Virus record (IMG/VR): IMGVR_UViG_3300032216_001965
Location: 1 to 64,000 of that record
Direction: 5' to 3' (one strand)
From: a virus
Lineage: Duplodnaviria > Caudoviricetes
Length of the DNA stretch: 64,000 bases
Shown: positions 7,955-18,496 of the stretch, in pieces
How positions within the stretch are numbered: position 1 is the first letter of the stretch
Layout of the letters: every line of letters starts with the position of its first letter
The notes under the pieces: generated by a model
What the model was told of the DNA's origin: nothing
The model's input: only the letters and a program-made list of their open reading frames with translations
Database searches by the model: none
Program-made: the position numbers and the translations under genes

Positions 7955-9985
7955 ATGTCAGATTTTTTTAGTTTTAAACTTCCAGAAGATTTTGTAGAAA
8001 AGTATAAAAATACAGAGAGTCCATTTGGTTTTAAAGATGCAGCAGAAAATTCACTTGGAGAAATTACTTTTATACGTACTTATTCTCGCATGAAGGAAGA
8101 TGGAACTAAAGAGCGTTGGCATGAAGTGTGTCGTCGTGTAATTGAGGGTATGTATTCAGTTCAAAAGAATCATGCCAAAGAAAATCGTTTGCCATGGAAT
8201 GATTATAAGGCTCAGAAATCAGCACAAGAAGCATTTCAAAGAATGTTTGAGTTGAAGTGGACACCACCAGGACGAGGCATGTGGGCATTTGGAACTCCAA
8301 TGACTATGGAGAAGAAGAACTCTGCAGCGCTTCAAAACTGTGCAATGGTATCTACCAAGGATCTTGATAAGAATGACCCAGGAGCCTTATTTGCTTGGGT
8401 TATGGATGCACTTATGCTTGGTATTGGTGTAGGGTTTGATACAGTAGGACAGGATAAGAATTTCTCAATCTATACCCCAACAGAACCAGAACAGGTATTT
8501 GAAATTCCAGACACTCGTGAAGGTTGGGTAGAGTCAGTCAGACTTCTAATTAACTCATATCTTAGAGCAAACCAAAGCATTCAGAAGTTTAACTATGATT
8601 TAATCAGACCTCTTGGAGCACCCATTAAGGGCTTTGGAGGCGTTGCATCAGGACCTGCACCTCTTATCAAGTTGCACGATCAGATAGACCGTGTAATCGG
8701 CTCCAGAGGCGGGGAAACACTAGATTCTCGTGCGATTGTAGACTTAGTAAACCTTATTGGTACATGCGTTGTATCAGGCAATGTACGTAGGTCAGCAACA
8801 CTTGCTTTAGGTAACGCTGGTGATGATACATTTATGAATTTAAAGAACTCAGAAATGTTTCCAGAGCGTAACTCGTTTGATCCAGAAAATCCAGGATGGG
8901 CCTGGATGTCCAATAATTCTATTTCAGCAGAAGTAGGAACAGAGTACGAAGATTATGTAGATTTAATTACGGAAAATGGAGAACCAGGTTTTATCTGGCT
9001 TGATGTTGCTCGTAATTATGGACGACTAAAGGATGCGCCAGACGGTAAGGACTACCGTGTGATGGGATTTAACCCATGTGCGGAGCAGCCATTGGAATCA
9101 TATGAATTGTGTACACTTGTAGAAGTACACCTAAATCGTCATGAATCTAAGGAGGACTTCCTGCGTACCCTGAAGTTTGCATACCTTTATGGAAAGACTG
9201 TAACACTTGTTCCAACACATTGGCCACAAACAAATGGTATTATGCAACGCAATCGTCGTATTGGTACATCTCTTACAGGTATTGCATCATTTGCTGATCA
9301 AAAGGGTCTTCCTATTGTTCGTGAATGGATGGACGAGGGATACAATAAGATTCGTCACTACGACCACCAGTATTCAGAATGGCTATGTGTTCGTGAATCA
9401 ATTCGTGTAACAACAGTTAAACCATCTGGGTCAGTTTCAATTCTTTCTGGTGCAACTCCTGGAGTTCACTGGGGACCTGGAGGAAACTTCTTTCTTCGTG
9501 CTGTTAGATTTGGTAATACAGATCCAATGATGCATCTATTCAAAGCAGCGGGATACACAATTGAAGATGATGTAGTGTCAGCAAATACATCAGTGGTATA
9601 TTTTCCAATCAAGTCAGGTCATCCAAGATCTGAAAAAGATGTAACACTATTTGAAAAAATTGCACTTGCTGCAACTGCTCAAAAATATTGGTCTGATAAT
9701 GGTGTTTCTGTAACATTGTCATTTGATAAAGAAACAGAGTCAAAACATGTTGTTCCAGCACTTCACATGTATGAGGGACAACTAAAGGCAGTATCATTCC
9801 TTCCAATGGGAAATACAGTTTATCCACAACAGCCATACACTCAAATTTCTGAACAAGAGTACGAGTCATATATTGGTAAATTGAAGCATATTGACTTTGG
9901 AGCAATTTATGACGGTGTAGATAATCTAGAAGCACAAGGTGAGGCATATTGTACTACAGATTACTGTGAAATAAAAGTATCTTAG
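7955..9985 (+). CDS. nrdJ: Class II adenosylcobalamin-dependent ribonucleotide reductase (monomeric RTPR type)
   Basis: WTPPGRGMW, LQNC, VVSGNVRRSA, FNPCAEQPLESYELCTLVE, VTTVKPSGSVS and C-terminal CTTDYC motifs. Confidence 0.93.
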   Translation: MSDFFSFKLPEDFVEKYKNTESPFGFKDAAENSLGEITFIRTYSRMKEDGTKERWHEVCRRVIEGMYSVQKNHAKENRLPWNDYKAQKSAQEAFQRMFELKWTPPGRGMWAFGTPMTMEKKNSAALQNCAMVSTKDLDKNDPGALFAWVMDALMLGIGVGFDTVGQDKNFSIYTPTEPEQVFEIPDTREGWVESVRLLINSYLRANQSIQKFNYDLIRPLGAPIKGFGGVASGPAPLIKLHDQIDRVIGSRGGETLDSRAIVDLVNLIGTCVVSGNVRRSATLALGNAGDDTFMNLKNSEMFPERNSFDPENPGWAWMSNNSISAEVGTEYEDYVDLITENGEPGFIWLDVARNYGRLKDAPDGKDYRVMGFNPCAEQPLESYELCTLVEVHLNRHESKEDFLRTLKFAYLYGKTVTLVPTHWPQTNGIMQRNRRIGTSLTGIASFADQKGLPIVREWMDEGYNKIRHYDHQYSEWLCVRESIRVTTVKPSGSVSILSGATPGVHWGPGGNFFLRAVRFGNTDPMMHLFKAAGYTIEDDVVSANTSVVYFPIKSGHPRSEKDVTLFEKIALAATAQKYWSDNGVSVTLSFDKETESKHVVPALHMYEGQLKAVSFLPMGNTVYPQQPYTQISEQEYESYIGKLKHIDFGAIYDGVDNLEAQGEAYCTTDYCEIKVS

Positions 9986-10005
9986 TATGATAAAATAGAC
10001 TTATA

Positions 10006-13000
10006 ATGTCTAGTCCATCAAATTTATATGCAGAAAAGGTGTTTGCAGAACACCCAACAGTTTTGTGGGCACTAGATGATAAAGCAGATTACATTTCTTT
10101 AATTAATGAAGAAAAAAGATCTGTTTTTAATTGGTCAGTATCAGGTGGAACAGCAGAAGAGTTTATTTCTGTATATGATGAACCATTTATTGATAGTTCT
10201 GTAACTAAACTTATTGGAGAAATAACTACCGAAGATTTTGGAGAACTTGTCTGCATAAGTGATAATTTAAATAACTTTAATGTTTTAAATTCATATATGT
10301 CTACTTTTTCAATTGGAGCATATGTAAATTCAATAAGTTCTTATATTGCTGGAATTGAAATAGGTTATGAATACTATGATCCATTAAGTGGTGAAGTGGT
10401 TCAAAATTTAAAAAATTATAATACATCTGTATACGGAAAATGGATTTTTGTTTCAGAAACTTTTGAAATTCCAAATAAAAATACTACATTTAGAATTGTA
10501 TTAAAGGTTAAATATATTAGTGGTGCTCAGTCTGAAAATGATTATCAATTTCTTGTTAATGGTATAACTCTTGGTCAGTGGTCAGAAGAGTTTAACTCAA
10601 CATCTTTAGGAACACAAAAAGTACTAGTTTCATCAGATATAGCAATGAATGAATCATATGGAATTAAAGCAGAGGCTTATGGTTTGTCGGATTCGCATGG
10701 ATATTACATGATTTCTGACAATGCACTTGTTGCAAAAAATTCTGGTATTCCTTTAGTTTATGGTTCTACAAGTACGACAATATTAAAAGAAAATGCAGGA
10801 CTTCCATCTTTAATAATTCCTGGAAATGGGTTTTTAAATGAAAGTGGTAAGTTTAAAGAGCAAACATTAGAAATGTGGCTTAGGATTAATTCTGATACAA
10901 ATATAAAGAAAAGAATATGTGGTCCAATTTCTTCTTCAGATGGAATTTATGTAGATGGACCTTTTATAATTTTAAAAATTGATAATCATTATGGATCTCA
11001 CTATATTGGTGAATGGGTAAGGCCAATGATTATTCATGTTAGATTAACAAATAATTCGGCCAATCTTCTTATTAATGGAGAACAGGTAATTTCATTAAAT
11101 TTAATAACTACAGAACTTAATTTGCCAAATAAATATAATTCCGAGGGCAAGGATCAGGACTGGATTGGATTCTATGCCTATGAAGATGTATCTCCTATTG
11201 AAGTAGACTGTATTGCAATTTATCCTTATCAGGTTCCAGCAATTGTTGCAAAAAGAAGATTTGTTTATGGTCAGGGTGTTGAAGTTCCAGAAAATATTAA
11301 TGCATCATATAGCGGAACATCTCTTTTTATTGATTACCCATTTTCAAATTATTCAAATAACTACTCTTATCCAGACATTGGTAGTTGGTCTCAAGCATCC
11401 ATAGATAATCTAGTTGCATCAAACAATAAATTATCTTTACCAGAATATAAGTTACCAACAATATTTTTTAATAATAAAACAACTGAAGATTGGTATACAG
11501 CATGTAAAAATATACAAAATGAATCAAGTATGTTATTTAGATTAAGACCAAATTCTGATTGGAATTCTACAAGTGGATATATATTGTTTGATAGTTTAGA
11601 TGTTACAAATACTCCAATTAGATCTTTTTATGGAGTATTTAAAGTTTTATCTACACCAACAACACCGCAAATATTATTTAAGGTTAATGATCAGATCACT
11701 GGAAATTCTTTTGTTATTGAACTTCAGGATACTTTAGAATTAGAATATAAGATTATAAAAGCATCTGGAGAAAAATTTATATATGAAACAGTTGCAGTAA
11801 ATATAGGCGAAGAATTTATTTCTGGTATGGATATTAATACATTTTGTTCACACTATGGACAAGATGTTGCTAGTTTTTTTGGAAATAGATCAGGTCTTAA
11901 ATTGTACGTAGGTGGAGATATAACACTTTCTAAGATGTTTTTAGGAAACATATATAAGATTGGTTTTGCAACCGAAAGAAACTATTCTTTTATTTCGGAA
12001 TGCTTTAATGATTTTGGAACACCAACTAATTTTGAAAATGTATTTAATACTTACAATCAGTATATTGATTATGATGCTGGTCAGTATGCTGGTGCAAGTT
12101 CATATTTCTGGGACTATATTTTAGATGGTGGAAATATTAGTTCTTATTCAACACAAAAACTAGTTGAGCATATAGCAAGTTACACACTAAGTCCAAAAAA
12201 TTATTTTGATACATTTGCCTTAGACATAGATATAGACGGATATTGGGAAGATCATATTCCTTTATCGTATTTTGCAAAATATGTTAAAAATGCAAAAAAT
12301 GAATCTTATTATGATTTAGATTTTATACAATTTAATATAAATTATCCAGCACCGTCAAAGTTTGTAGAGAAGTCTCAAATTGGTTCTTGGACATATGACG
12401 AACTTAATTCTGAATACCAAAACCCAATTCAGAGAACTTACGAATCCCTTGACAATCATCTTTTTACTGGTTATATAGATTATTCAGATTTAAAAAATAG
12501 ATCTTTAAAAACATATAAGTATGACACTTCAAATTCATTGGTTAAATCTTATGTAAGTTTTCAATATGTTTCAACTGGAGCAAATGCCAAAGACTCTTAT
12601 TTTACAAATATAGAGTCACCATTGCAAAATGGAATCGTTGAGCCAGGAACATATCTTTTGGGATATGATGATAATAACAAACCAATATATGATAATTTTA
12701 TAAATACTAAGTATGAAGTTGTTGATGGAATGTTGTTGTATCCACCAAGAGGAACTGATTTTAGTCATCTTGCAGTAGTTGTTCACTTAAATTTTAAAGT
12801 TAGTGGAATTTTAAATAACCCTATTAAAATTAAAAGTTTGCAGTTAGCAGCACAGGCATACAATGATGTTGCTCCAAATCCAATTGGAAGCAGATTTGGT
12901 GTTCAGGTTTACCCATATACAAAAACTGGTATTTACTATGATTACAAGAAACCAAACCCATATACAATTTATAAAGGCAGTTCTCCATATCTCTACCTTA

Positions 13001-13740
13001 CTAAAAACTCTGGAATACAAGTAAAGGGTTCATATGATCCATTAGTAAATCGTGGACTTTCAATTCCAGTTAATCCAAATAAATCTTCTAACTATAAAGT
13101 TATGGCTATGCAAGCAGCAATTAGATATGATCAAGATTTTTTCCCATATGCTCCAACACAAATTTTTGAGATTGAAAGTAAAAATGATCTCATAAAGTTT
13201 TACATGGTGGCAAATCATCCAGATGGTAAAAGAGCAAAAATTTATGCAATTAATGCAAGAACTGGTCAAGTTGAAAACGGTATTGGATTTTATTGGAATG
13301 GCAACCTTGTAAAAGAACCAAACATAACAATCAGAGAGTGGGGAATGCTTGGTGTATCATTCTCAAGTATCATAAACTTTGATAACTATGTTGGATCAAT
13401 TAAAATTAATGGTCCCTTACTTGTAAATCTTGTTTCTCATTATAAATCTACAAATTTACAAGAAGTTCAAAATATTACAGAAAGGCCTTGGTTTAAGGTC
13501 AAATATTTAGGACCTTTAGATTTAGAGTGGAACTACTGGAACTCAGCATATGTTTGGAATGGTGTATTGGTCTTATCTACTAAGTCTTACTATGGAGTAG
13601 ATCCCTCTGATGTGTATAAAAGTTATGTTGGCACAAACAAAATAATCGTAGACGATACAAGAAAATTTAGGTTAAATTCATATCAATATGAACTTTATAC
13701 GGATATTGTTTGGCAGTCTCAAATATCAAATCCAGTATAA
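10006..13740 (+). CDS. Large virion structural / minor tail protein
   Basis: 1244 aa, beta-rich LamG-like segments (TLEMWLRI..., LLINGEQV); located among structural genes. Confidence 0.55.
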   Translation: MSSPSNLYAEKVFAEHPTVLWALDDKADYISLINEEKRSVFNWSVSGGTAEEFISVYDEPFIDSSVTKLIGEITTEDFGELVCISDNLNNFNVLNSYMSTFSIGAYVNSISSYIAGIEIGYEYYDPLSGEVVQNLKNYNTSVYGKWIFVSETFEIPNKNTTFRIVLKVKYISGAQSENDYQFLVNGITLGQWSEEFNSTSLGTQKVLVSSDIAMNESYGIKAEAYGLSDSHGYYMISDNALVAKNSGIPLVYGSTSTTILKENAGLPSLIIPGNGFLNESGKFKEQTLEMWLRINSDTNIKKRICGPISSSDGIYVDGPFIILKIDNHYGSHYIGEWVRPMIIHVRLTNNSANLLINGEQVISLNLITTELNLPNKYNSEGKDQDWIGFYAYEDVSPIEVDCIAIYPYQVPAIVAKRRFVYGQGVEVPENINASYSGTSLFIDYPFSNYSNNYSYPDIGSWSQASIDNLVASNNKLSLPEYKLPTIFFNNKTTEDWYTACKNIQNESSMLFRLRPNSDWNSTSGYILFDSLDVTNTPIRSFYGVFKVLSTPTTPQILFKVNDQITGNSFVIELQDTLELEYKIIKASGEKFIYETVAVNIGEEFISGMDINTFCSHYGQDVASFFGNRSGLKLYVGGDITLSKMFLGNIYKIGFATERNYSFISECFNDFGTPTNFENVFNTYNQYIDYDAGQYAGASSYFWDYILDGGNISSYSTQKLVEHIASYTLSPKNYFDTFALDIDIDGYWEDHIPLSYFAKYVKNAKNESYYDLDFIQFNINYPAPSKFVEKSQIGSWTYDELNSEYQNPIQRTYESLDNHLFTGYIDYSDLKNRSLKTYKYDTSNSLVKSYVSFQYVSTGANAKDSYFTNIESPLQNGIVEPGTYLLGYDDNNKPIYDNFINTKYEVVDGMLLYPPRGTDFSHLAVVVHLNFKVSGILNNPIKIKSLQLAAQAYNDVAPNPIGSRFGVQVYPYTKTGIYYDYKKPNPYTIYKGSSPYLYLTKNSGIQVKGSYDPLVNRGLSIPVNPNKSSNYKVMAMQAAIRYDQDFFPYAPTQIFEIESKNDLIKFYMVANHPDGKRAKIYAINARTGQVENGIGFYWNGNLVKEPNITIREWGMLGVSFSSIINFDNYVGSIKINGPLLVNLVSHYKSTNLQEVQNITERPWFKVKYLGPLDLEWNYWNSAYVWNGVLVLSTKSYYGVDPSDVYKSYVGTNKIIVDDTRKFRLNSYQYELYTDIVWQSQISNPV

Positions 13741-13742
13741 TA

Positions 13743-13751
13743 TGGTATACT
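13743..13751 (+). promoter_or_regulatory. Extended -10 promoter (TGGTATACT), leaderless start
   Basis: TATACT ends 7 nt before ATG 13759. Confidence 0.65.
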
Positions 13752-13758
13752 TGTGGTT

Positions 13759-14163
13759 ATGAATATTGAAAATCCAAATAAAAAACGTAAAACCTTGCCA
13801 AAAATGAAGGGCCAAGTGGGTGAGTCTCGTGCAAAAATTATTGAAAAACATTATGATTGGGGCCTATATGTTTATAAAAAGGCTAATGGCAAATGGTTTA
13901 CAGATGGAACTGGATCTGTTTTAAACATTCCGTCAATGAAGGGCGATATAACAAAAATCTCTGAATTAAAAAAAGCAGCAAAACATTATGGGGATGAGGG
14001 AGATGGAGAATGCATCTTCGTGCCAGGGTTAACTAGAATTTCAGAAGAAGAATATTCAGAACAAAAACAAAGAATGGCAGAAGGATTAATTCCTTCTATG
14101 AATGATCTTGGCGCAGTTCAAGCAGCAAAAGATACTATTGCAAAATACGGGAGTGATGACTAA
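13759..14163 (+). CDS. Hypothetical protein upstream of portal
   Basis: Open frame coupled to portal (TAATG); ATG 13759 preferred over GTG 13753 from promoter spacing. Confidence 0.7.
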   Translation: MNIENPNKKRKTLPKMKGQVGESRAKIIEKHYDWGLYVYKKANGKWFTDGTGSVLNIPSMKGDITKISELKKAAKHYGDEGDGECIFVPGLTRISEEEYSEQKQRMAEGLIPSMNDLGAVQAAKDTIAKYGSDD

Positions 14164-15782
14164 TGTCAGAAGAAAATGAATATATTGTTCGTGCATCTAT
14201 GGATAACTTTGCACAAGAGTTAGATGTTTTTAAAGAGCAAGATCCATTTAACAAAACCTGGGATGAATTAAAAACTTTATCTGGATTAGACAATAATTTT
14301 AAGCGTCGTGCTGCAAGACTATCTAAGGTAGATGCTTCACAGCAATACATTGATAGTTCTAGAGCAGAAAGTACAGGTCTGGATGGAGCAAGATCAAAAG
14401 AAATTAATCCAGGACTTGTTTATAGAAATGGCTATGGTTTGTTTGATGTAATTACACCACCATGGAATCTTTACGAACTTGCAAGTTACTATGATACTTC
14501 ATTTGCAAACCATGCTGCTATTGATGCAAAGGTAGAGAATATTGTTGGGCTTGGTTATGACTTTGAGGTATCTTCAAGAACAATGCTTAAATTAGAATCT
14601 TCTTCAGATTCAGAAGCAGTTGGTCGTGCTAGAAAAAGAATTGAAAGAGCAAAAATAGAATTAACAGATTGGTTAGAAAGTTTAAATAGTGAAGATTCTT
14701 TTACCACTACAATGGAAAAAGTTTACACAGATGTTCAAGCAACTGGAAATGGTTATATTGAGGTTGGACGTACAGTAAAAGGTGAAATTGGATACATTGG
14801 TCATATTCCATCAGTAACGATGAGAGCAAGAAGATTGCGTGATGGATTTGTACAAGTTATTGCAAACAAAGTTGTTTATTTCCGTAATTTTGGAGCAACA
14901 AACCCAAATCCACTTGGAACAGATCCAAGACCAAATGAGATTATTCATTTTAAAGCATATTCTCCAATAAACACTTTCTACGGTGTTCCAGATATTATCT
15001 CTGCGGTTACATCTCTTCAAGGAGACATGCTTGCATCACAGTACAACATTGACTACTTTAGCAATAAAGCAGTTCCACGATATGTTGTAACACTTAAGGG
15101 TGCAAAACTTTCTGGAGAAGCAGAAGATAAGATGTTTAGATTCTTACAGACTGGAATGAAGGGGCAAAATCATAGAACTCTTTATATACCACTCCCAGGA
15201 GATTCAGATACAAACAAAGTTGAGTTTAAGATGGAGCCAATTGAAAATGGTGTTCAAGAAGGTTCATTTGAAAAATATCGTAAACAAAATCGTGATGATA
15301 TTTTGGTTGCTCATCAAGTGCCACTTTCAAAACTTGGTGGATCGGATTCTTCTGCCACAGCAGCAGCCCTTGCTCAAGATAGAACATTTAAGGAGCAGGT
15401 TGCAAGACCAGCACAAAGAGAACTTGAAAAACCAATCAATAAGATCATTCGTGAAAAAACAGATATTCTTCAATTTAAGTTTAACGAATTAACTCTAACA
15501 GATGAGATTGCACAGTCACAAATTCTTGAAAGATATGTCAAGAATCAAATTATGCTTCCAAACGAAGCAAGAACTATTTTGCGTATGCCACAGCGTGATG
15601 GCGGAGATCAGCCATTAGACCTCACATCACAACAAGTAGCAGATGCAACTACAACAAGGTCAAGAGATAGTCAAAGAACTAATAACCAATCTGATGGATC
15701 AGCAACGATTGCTGGAAGAAATCCAAAGGGTGAGGGTAGAAAATTTGATGAAATTGATAGCATTGCCGAAATGTCCGAATAG
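14163..15782 (+). CDS. Portal protein
   Basis: HAAIDAKVENIVG, GNGYIEVGR, EIIHFK..YGVP, YFSNKAVP, ILVAHQVP and IMLPNEAR portal motifs; position before protease and capsid. Confidence 0.9.
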   Translation: MSEENEYIVRASMDNFAQELDVFKEQDPFNKTWDELKTLSGLDNNFKRRAARLSKVDASQQYIDSSRAESTGLDGARSKEINPGLVYRNGYGLFDVITPPWNLYELASYYDTSFANHAAIDAKVENIVGLGYDFEVSSRTMLKLESSSDSEAVGRARKRIERAKIELTDWLESLNSEDSFTTTMEKVYTDVQATGNGYIEVGRTVKGEIGYIGHIPSVTMRARRLRDGFVQVIANKVVYFRNFGATNPNPLGTDPRPNEIIHFKAYSPINTFYGVPDIISAVTSLQGDMLASQYNIDYFSNKAVPRYVVTLKGAKLSGEAEDKMFRFLQTGMKGQNHRTLYIPLPGDSDTNKVEFKMEPIENGVQEGSFEKYRKQNRDDILVAHQVPLSKLGGSDSSATAAALAQDRTFKEQVARPAQRELEKPINKIIREKTDILQFKFNELTLTDEIAQSQILERYVKNQIMLPNEARTILRMPQRDGGDQPLDLTSQQVADATTTRSRDSQRTNNQSDGSATIAGRNPKGEGRKFDEIDSIAEMSE

Positions 15783-15814
15783 TGATACTTCTGTAAAAAG
15801 GGGTATATAATATA

Positions 15815-17224
15815 ATGACCATGACCATATCAAAAGCCCATTGGAATACTGAGGGTGAAAGTCTTCGCCTTTCTCTTCCATTTGCAAAAGTCGACAAAGA
15901 AAGACGTATAGTCTCAGGCTTTGCCTCACTTGATAATATTGACAAGCAAGATGATATTGTAACTGCAGAAGCATCAATGGATGCATTTGCAAAATTCCGT
16001 GGAAATATTCGTGAAATGCATCAACCATTAGCAGTCGGTAAAATGGTATCTTTTAAAGCAGATAAGTATTTTGATCCAGAATCAAAAAAGTTTTATAATG
16101 GTGTTTTTGTATCAGCATATGTTTCAAAAGGTGCACAAGATACTTGGGAAAAGGTTCTTGATGGAACTCTTCAAGGTTTTTCAATCGGCGGAAGAATGAA
16201 TAAGTGGGATGACGGTTATGATGAAAAATCAGATAAGGCAATTAGAATTATTAAGCAATATGATTTGGTTGAGTTGAGTCTTGTAGATTCCCCAGCAAAT
16301 CAATTTGCAAATATTGTATCTGTTGAAAAAGTTGATGGAGTAAGCATTGTAAAAGTTGATGAAACAGTTTTAGAAAATGTTTTCTACGATAAAGAGTCAG
16401 GCATTGTTATGGTTTCAGAAAATGAACAAGAGTTAAGTCCAACAACAGGTGAGCCAATGGCTAATATAGGTTTCGTTGAAAAAGCGGATAATGAAAAAAC
16501 AAACATGATAAAATTCTTAGTTGATAGTGCTAAAGGCATTAATACTTCTAAGATGAACAAGGAGGAAAACCTTATGGCAAAAGTAACAAAACCAGTATCA
16601 GAAATTATTGAAAAGTCTGATGCAGAAATTGAAGCAGTTAAGGTCGCTCCAGTAGCAGAAGATGGGGCAGAAGAAGTTACAAAGGCTTCAACATGTCCAG
16701 ACTGTGGAAAGGCTATGGATGCATGTAAGTGCAACATGAAGTCTGATGCAGAAACAGATGATTCAACAGAAAAGGCTGCAAAGCCAACAGATACTGAAGA
16801 ATCTGCTGCTCATGAAGGAACTGAATCAACAGATGTTGAAGCAGAAGAAGACAAGAAGAAGCCAATGGCTCCTAAGTCAGATGATGTAGTTGCAGAAGCA
16901 GTTACAGAAACAAATGACAGTCTTGAAAAAGCCTTTAGCGATCTATTAGATGTTGTCAAATCACTTCAATCAGAAGTAGAACTTTTAAAGTCTACCAAGG
17001 TTGATGTTGAAACAGCAAAGCAATCATTTGAAGCAGTTGCAAAAGATATTGCAGCAGTATCAAATGGTTTTAATGAATTTGGTAAGCGAGTCGACGCTGT
17101 AGAAGCAGATACCGCTTTCCGAAAGTCTGGCGATCTCGGCGAGATAGTACAGAATCAGCCTGAAATGGTTGAAAAATCCCTATGGGGCGGTAGTTTCCTC
17201 AAAACAGCCGATCTATTAAATTAG
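15815..17224 (+). CDS. HK97-type prohead protease with C-terminal scaffold
   Basis: IREMHQ, LQGFSIGG and LVELSLVDSPAN motifs; acidic coiled-coil tail; start could be 15821. Confidence 0.88.
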   Translation: MTMTISKAHWNTEGESLRLSLPFAKVDKERRIVSGFASLDNIDKQDDIVTAEASMDAFAKFRGNIREMHQPLAVGKMVSFKADKYFDPESKKFYNGVFVSAYVSKGAQDTWEKVLDGTLQGFSIGGRMNKWDDGYDEKSDKAIRIIKQYDLVELSLVDSPANQFANIVSVEKVDGVSIVKVDETVLENVFYDKESGIVMVSENEQELSPTTGEPMANIGFVEKADNEKTNMIKFLVDSAKGINTSKMNKEENLMAKVTKPVSEIIEKSDAEIEAVKVAPVAEDGAEEVTKASTCPDCGKAMDACKCNMKSDAETDDSTEKAAKPTDTEESAAHEGTESTDVEAEEDKKKPMAPKSDDVVAEAVTETNDSLEKAFSDLLDVVKSLQSEVELLKSTKVDVETAKQSFEAVAKDIAAVSNGFNEFGKRVDAVEADTAFRKSGDLGEIVQNQPEMVEKSLWGGSFLKTADLLN

Positions 17225-17247
17225 AAAAAATCACAGGAGGTGACAAT

Positions 17248-18405
17248 ATGTCGGAACAAAATATAGAAAAAAACCAGCCAGGTGCTGCAGGTGGAGAACA
17301 CATCGGTGGAAATATTCCAGGACTTTATCAGGGTCAAGGAGCATTTGCATCAGGTAATGAAACACATCCATACACACCAGGCAACTACGCAACAGGTGGA
17401 GTTCTAGGAAATATCCCAGAAGCAACACTTGGTTCAGTAAGTGGTCCAAACGCAGTAAATCCTTCAGGTGAGGCTGGATCAGGTATCCTACGTCCAGAAC
17501 AGGCACGTCGTTTTATTGACTACGTGTGGGATGCTACCATTCTCGCCCAAGATGGCCGTCGTGTTACTATGAGAGCCAACACAATGGAACTCGAAAAGGT
17601 AAACGTCGGAGAGCGTGTAATCCGTTCTGCTACACAAGCACTCGGAGAATACACAAACGCAGGAGCAACTTTCTCAAAGGTTGAATTGACTACAAAGAAG
17701 ATTCGTCTTGACTGGGAAGTAACTGCAGAAGCACTAGAAGATAACATCGAAGGTGCAGCACTTGAAGATCACATCGTTCGTCTTATGACAAACGCATTTG
17801 GTAATGACATCGAAGACCTTGCTATTAATGGTACAGGTTCAGGAGATGCATTTACATCTATCATGAACGGTTTCGTAAACCGTGTAAAGACAGACGGAAG
17901 CGCCCACGAGTCAGTTGTAACAGTTACAAATGGCGGATGGACTCCAGAAGTCATGCAGAACATCATCTTGGCAATGCCACGTAAGTACCGTGCACTTAAG
18001 AACAATCTTAAGTTCTACGCAGGTACAGATGTTTTCCAGGGTATCGTAAAGAATAACGGTACACTTGCTGATGCAATCGCAGAAGCATTTGGATCACATG
18101 CAGGTGGTGCTGGTACTGCACAAATGCGTCAAGCATATCTTGATGGAAACGCACAGACATTCGGACAGGCACGTACAACTCGTGTACTCGGAATCGATGT
18201 ACAGGAAGTTCCTTACTACCCTGCAGGATTTGTCGACTTGACATTCCCACAGAACCGTGTATGGGGATTCCAGCGTGACATCACTGTTAACCGTGAATAC
18301 AAGCCAAAGAAGGACACTGTAGAATACACAGTCTTCGTTCGCTTCGGAATTCAATGGGAAGAACAAGATGCAATCGCATGGGCTGACGCTGCAGCAGATG
18401 CATAA
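17248..18405 (+). CDS. Major capsid protein (HK97 fold)
   Basis: GILRPEQARRFIDYV, LTTKKIRLDWEVTAEALEDNIEG, AFGNDIEDLAING; strong SD ggagg; followed by a terminator. Confidence 0.9.
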   Translation: MSEQNIEKNQPGAAGGEHIGGNIPGLYQGQGAFASGNETHPYTPGNYATGGVLGNIPEATLGSVSGPNAVNPSGEAGSGILRPEQARRFIDYVWDATILAQDGRRVTMRANTMELEKVNVGERVIRSATQALGEYTNAGATFSKVELTTKKIRLDWEVTAEALEDNIEGAALEDHIVRLMTNAFGNDIEDLAINGTGSGDAFTSIMNGFVNRVKTDGSAHESVVTVTNGGWTPEVMQNIILAMPRKYRALKNNLKFYAGTDVFQGIVKNNGTLADAIAEAFGSHAGGAGTAQMRQAYLDGNAQTFGQARTTRVLGIDVQEVPYYPAGFVDLTFPQNRVWGFQRDITVNREYKPKKDTVEYTVFVRFGIQWEEQDAIAWADAAADA

Positions 18406-18425
18406 TCTGTAAACAGTACAATTTA

Positions 18426-18460
18426 GGGGGAGTAGGAGTTAACGCTCCTGCTCCCCTTAT
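18426..18460 (+). terminator. Intrinsic terminator after major capsid gene
   Basis: ggggagtaggag / ctcctgctcccc 12-bp stem followed by ttat. Confidence 0.75.
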
Positions 18461-18469
18461 CACTTATAA

Positions 18470-18478
18470 TGATATAAT
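18470..18478 (+). promoter_or_regulatory. Extended -10 promoter (TGATATAAT)
   Basis: Directly after the terminator, before SD ggagg of 18497. Confidence 0.65.
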
Positions 18479-18496
18479 ACTATTTAGGAGGAAATA

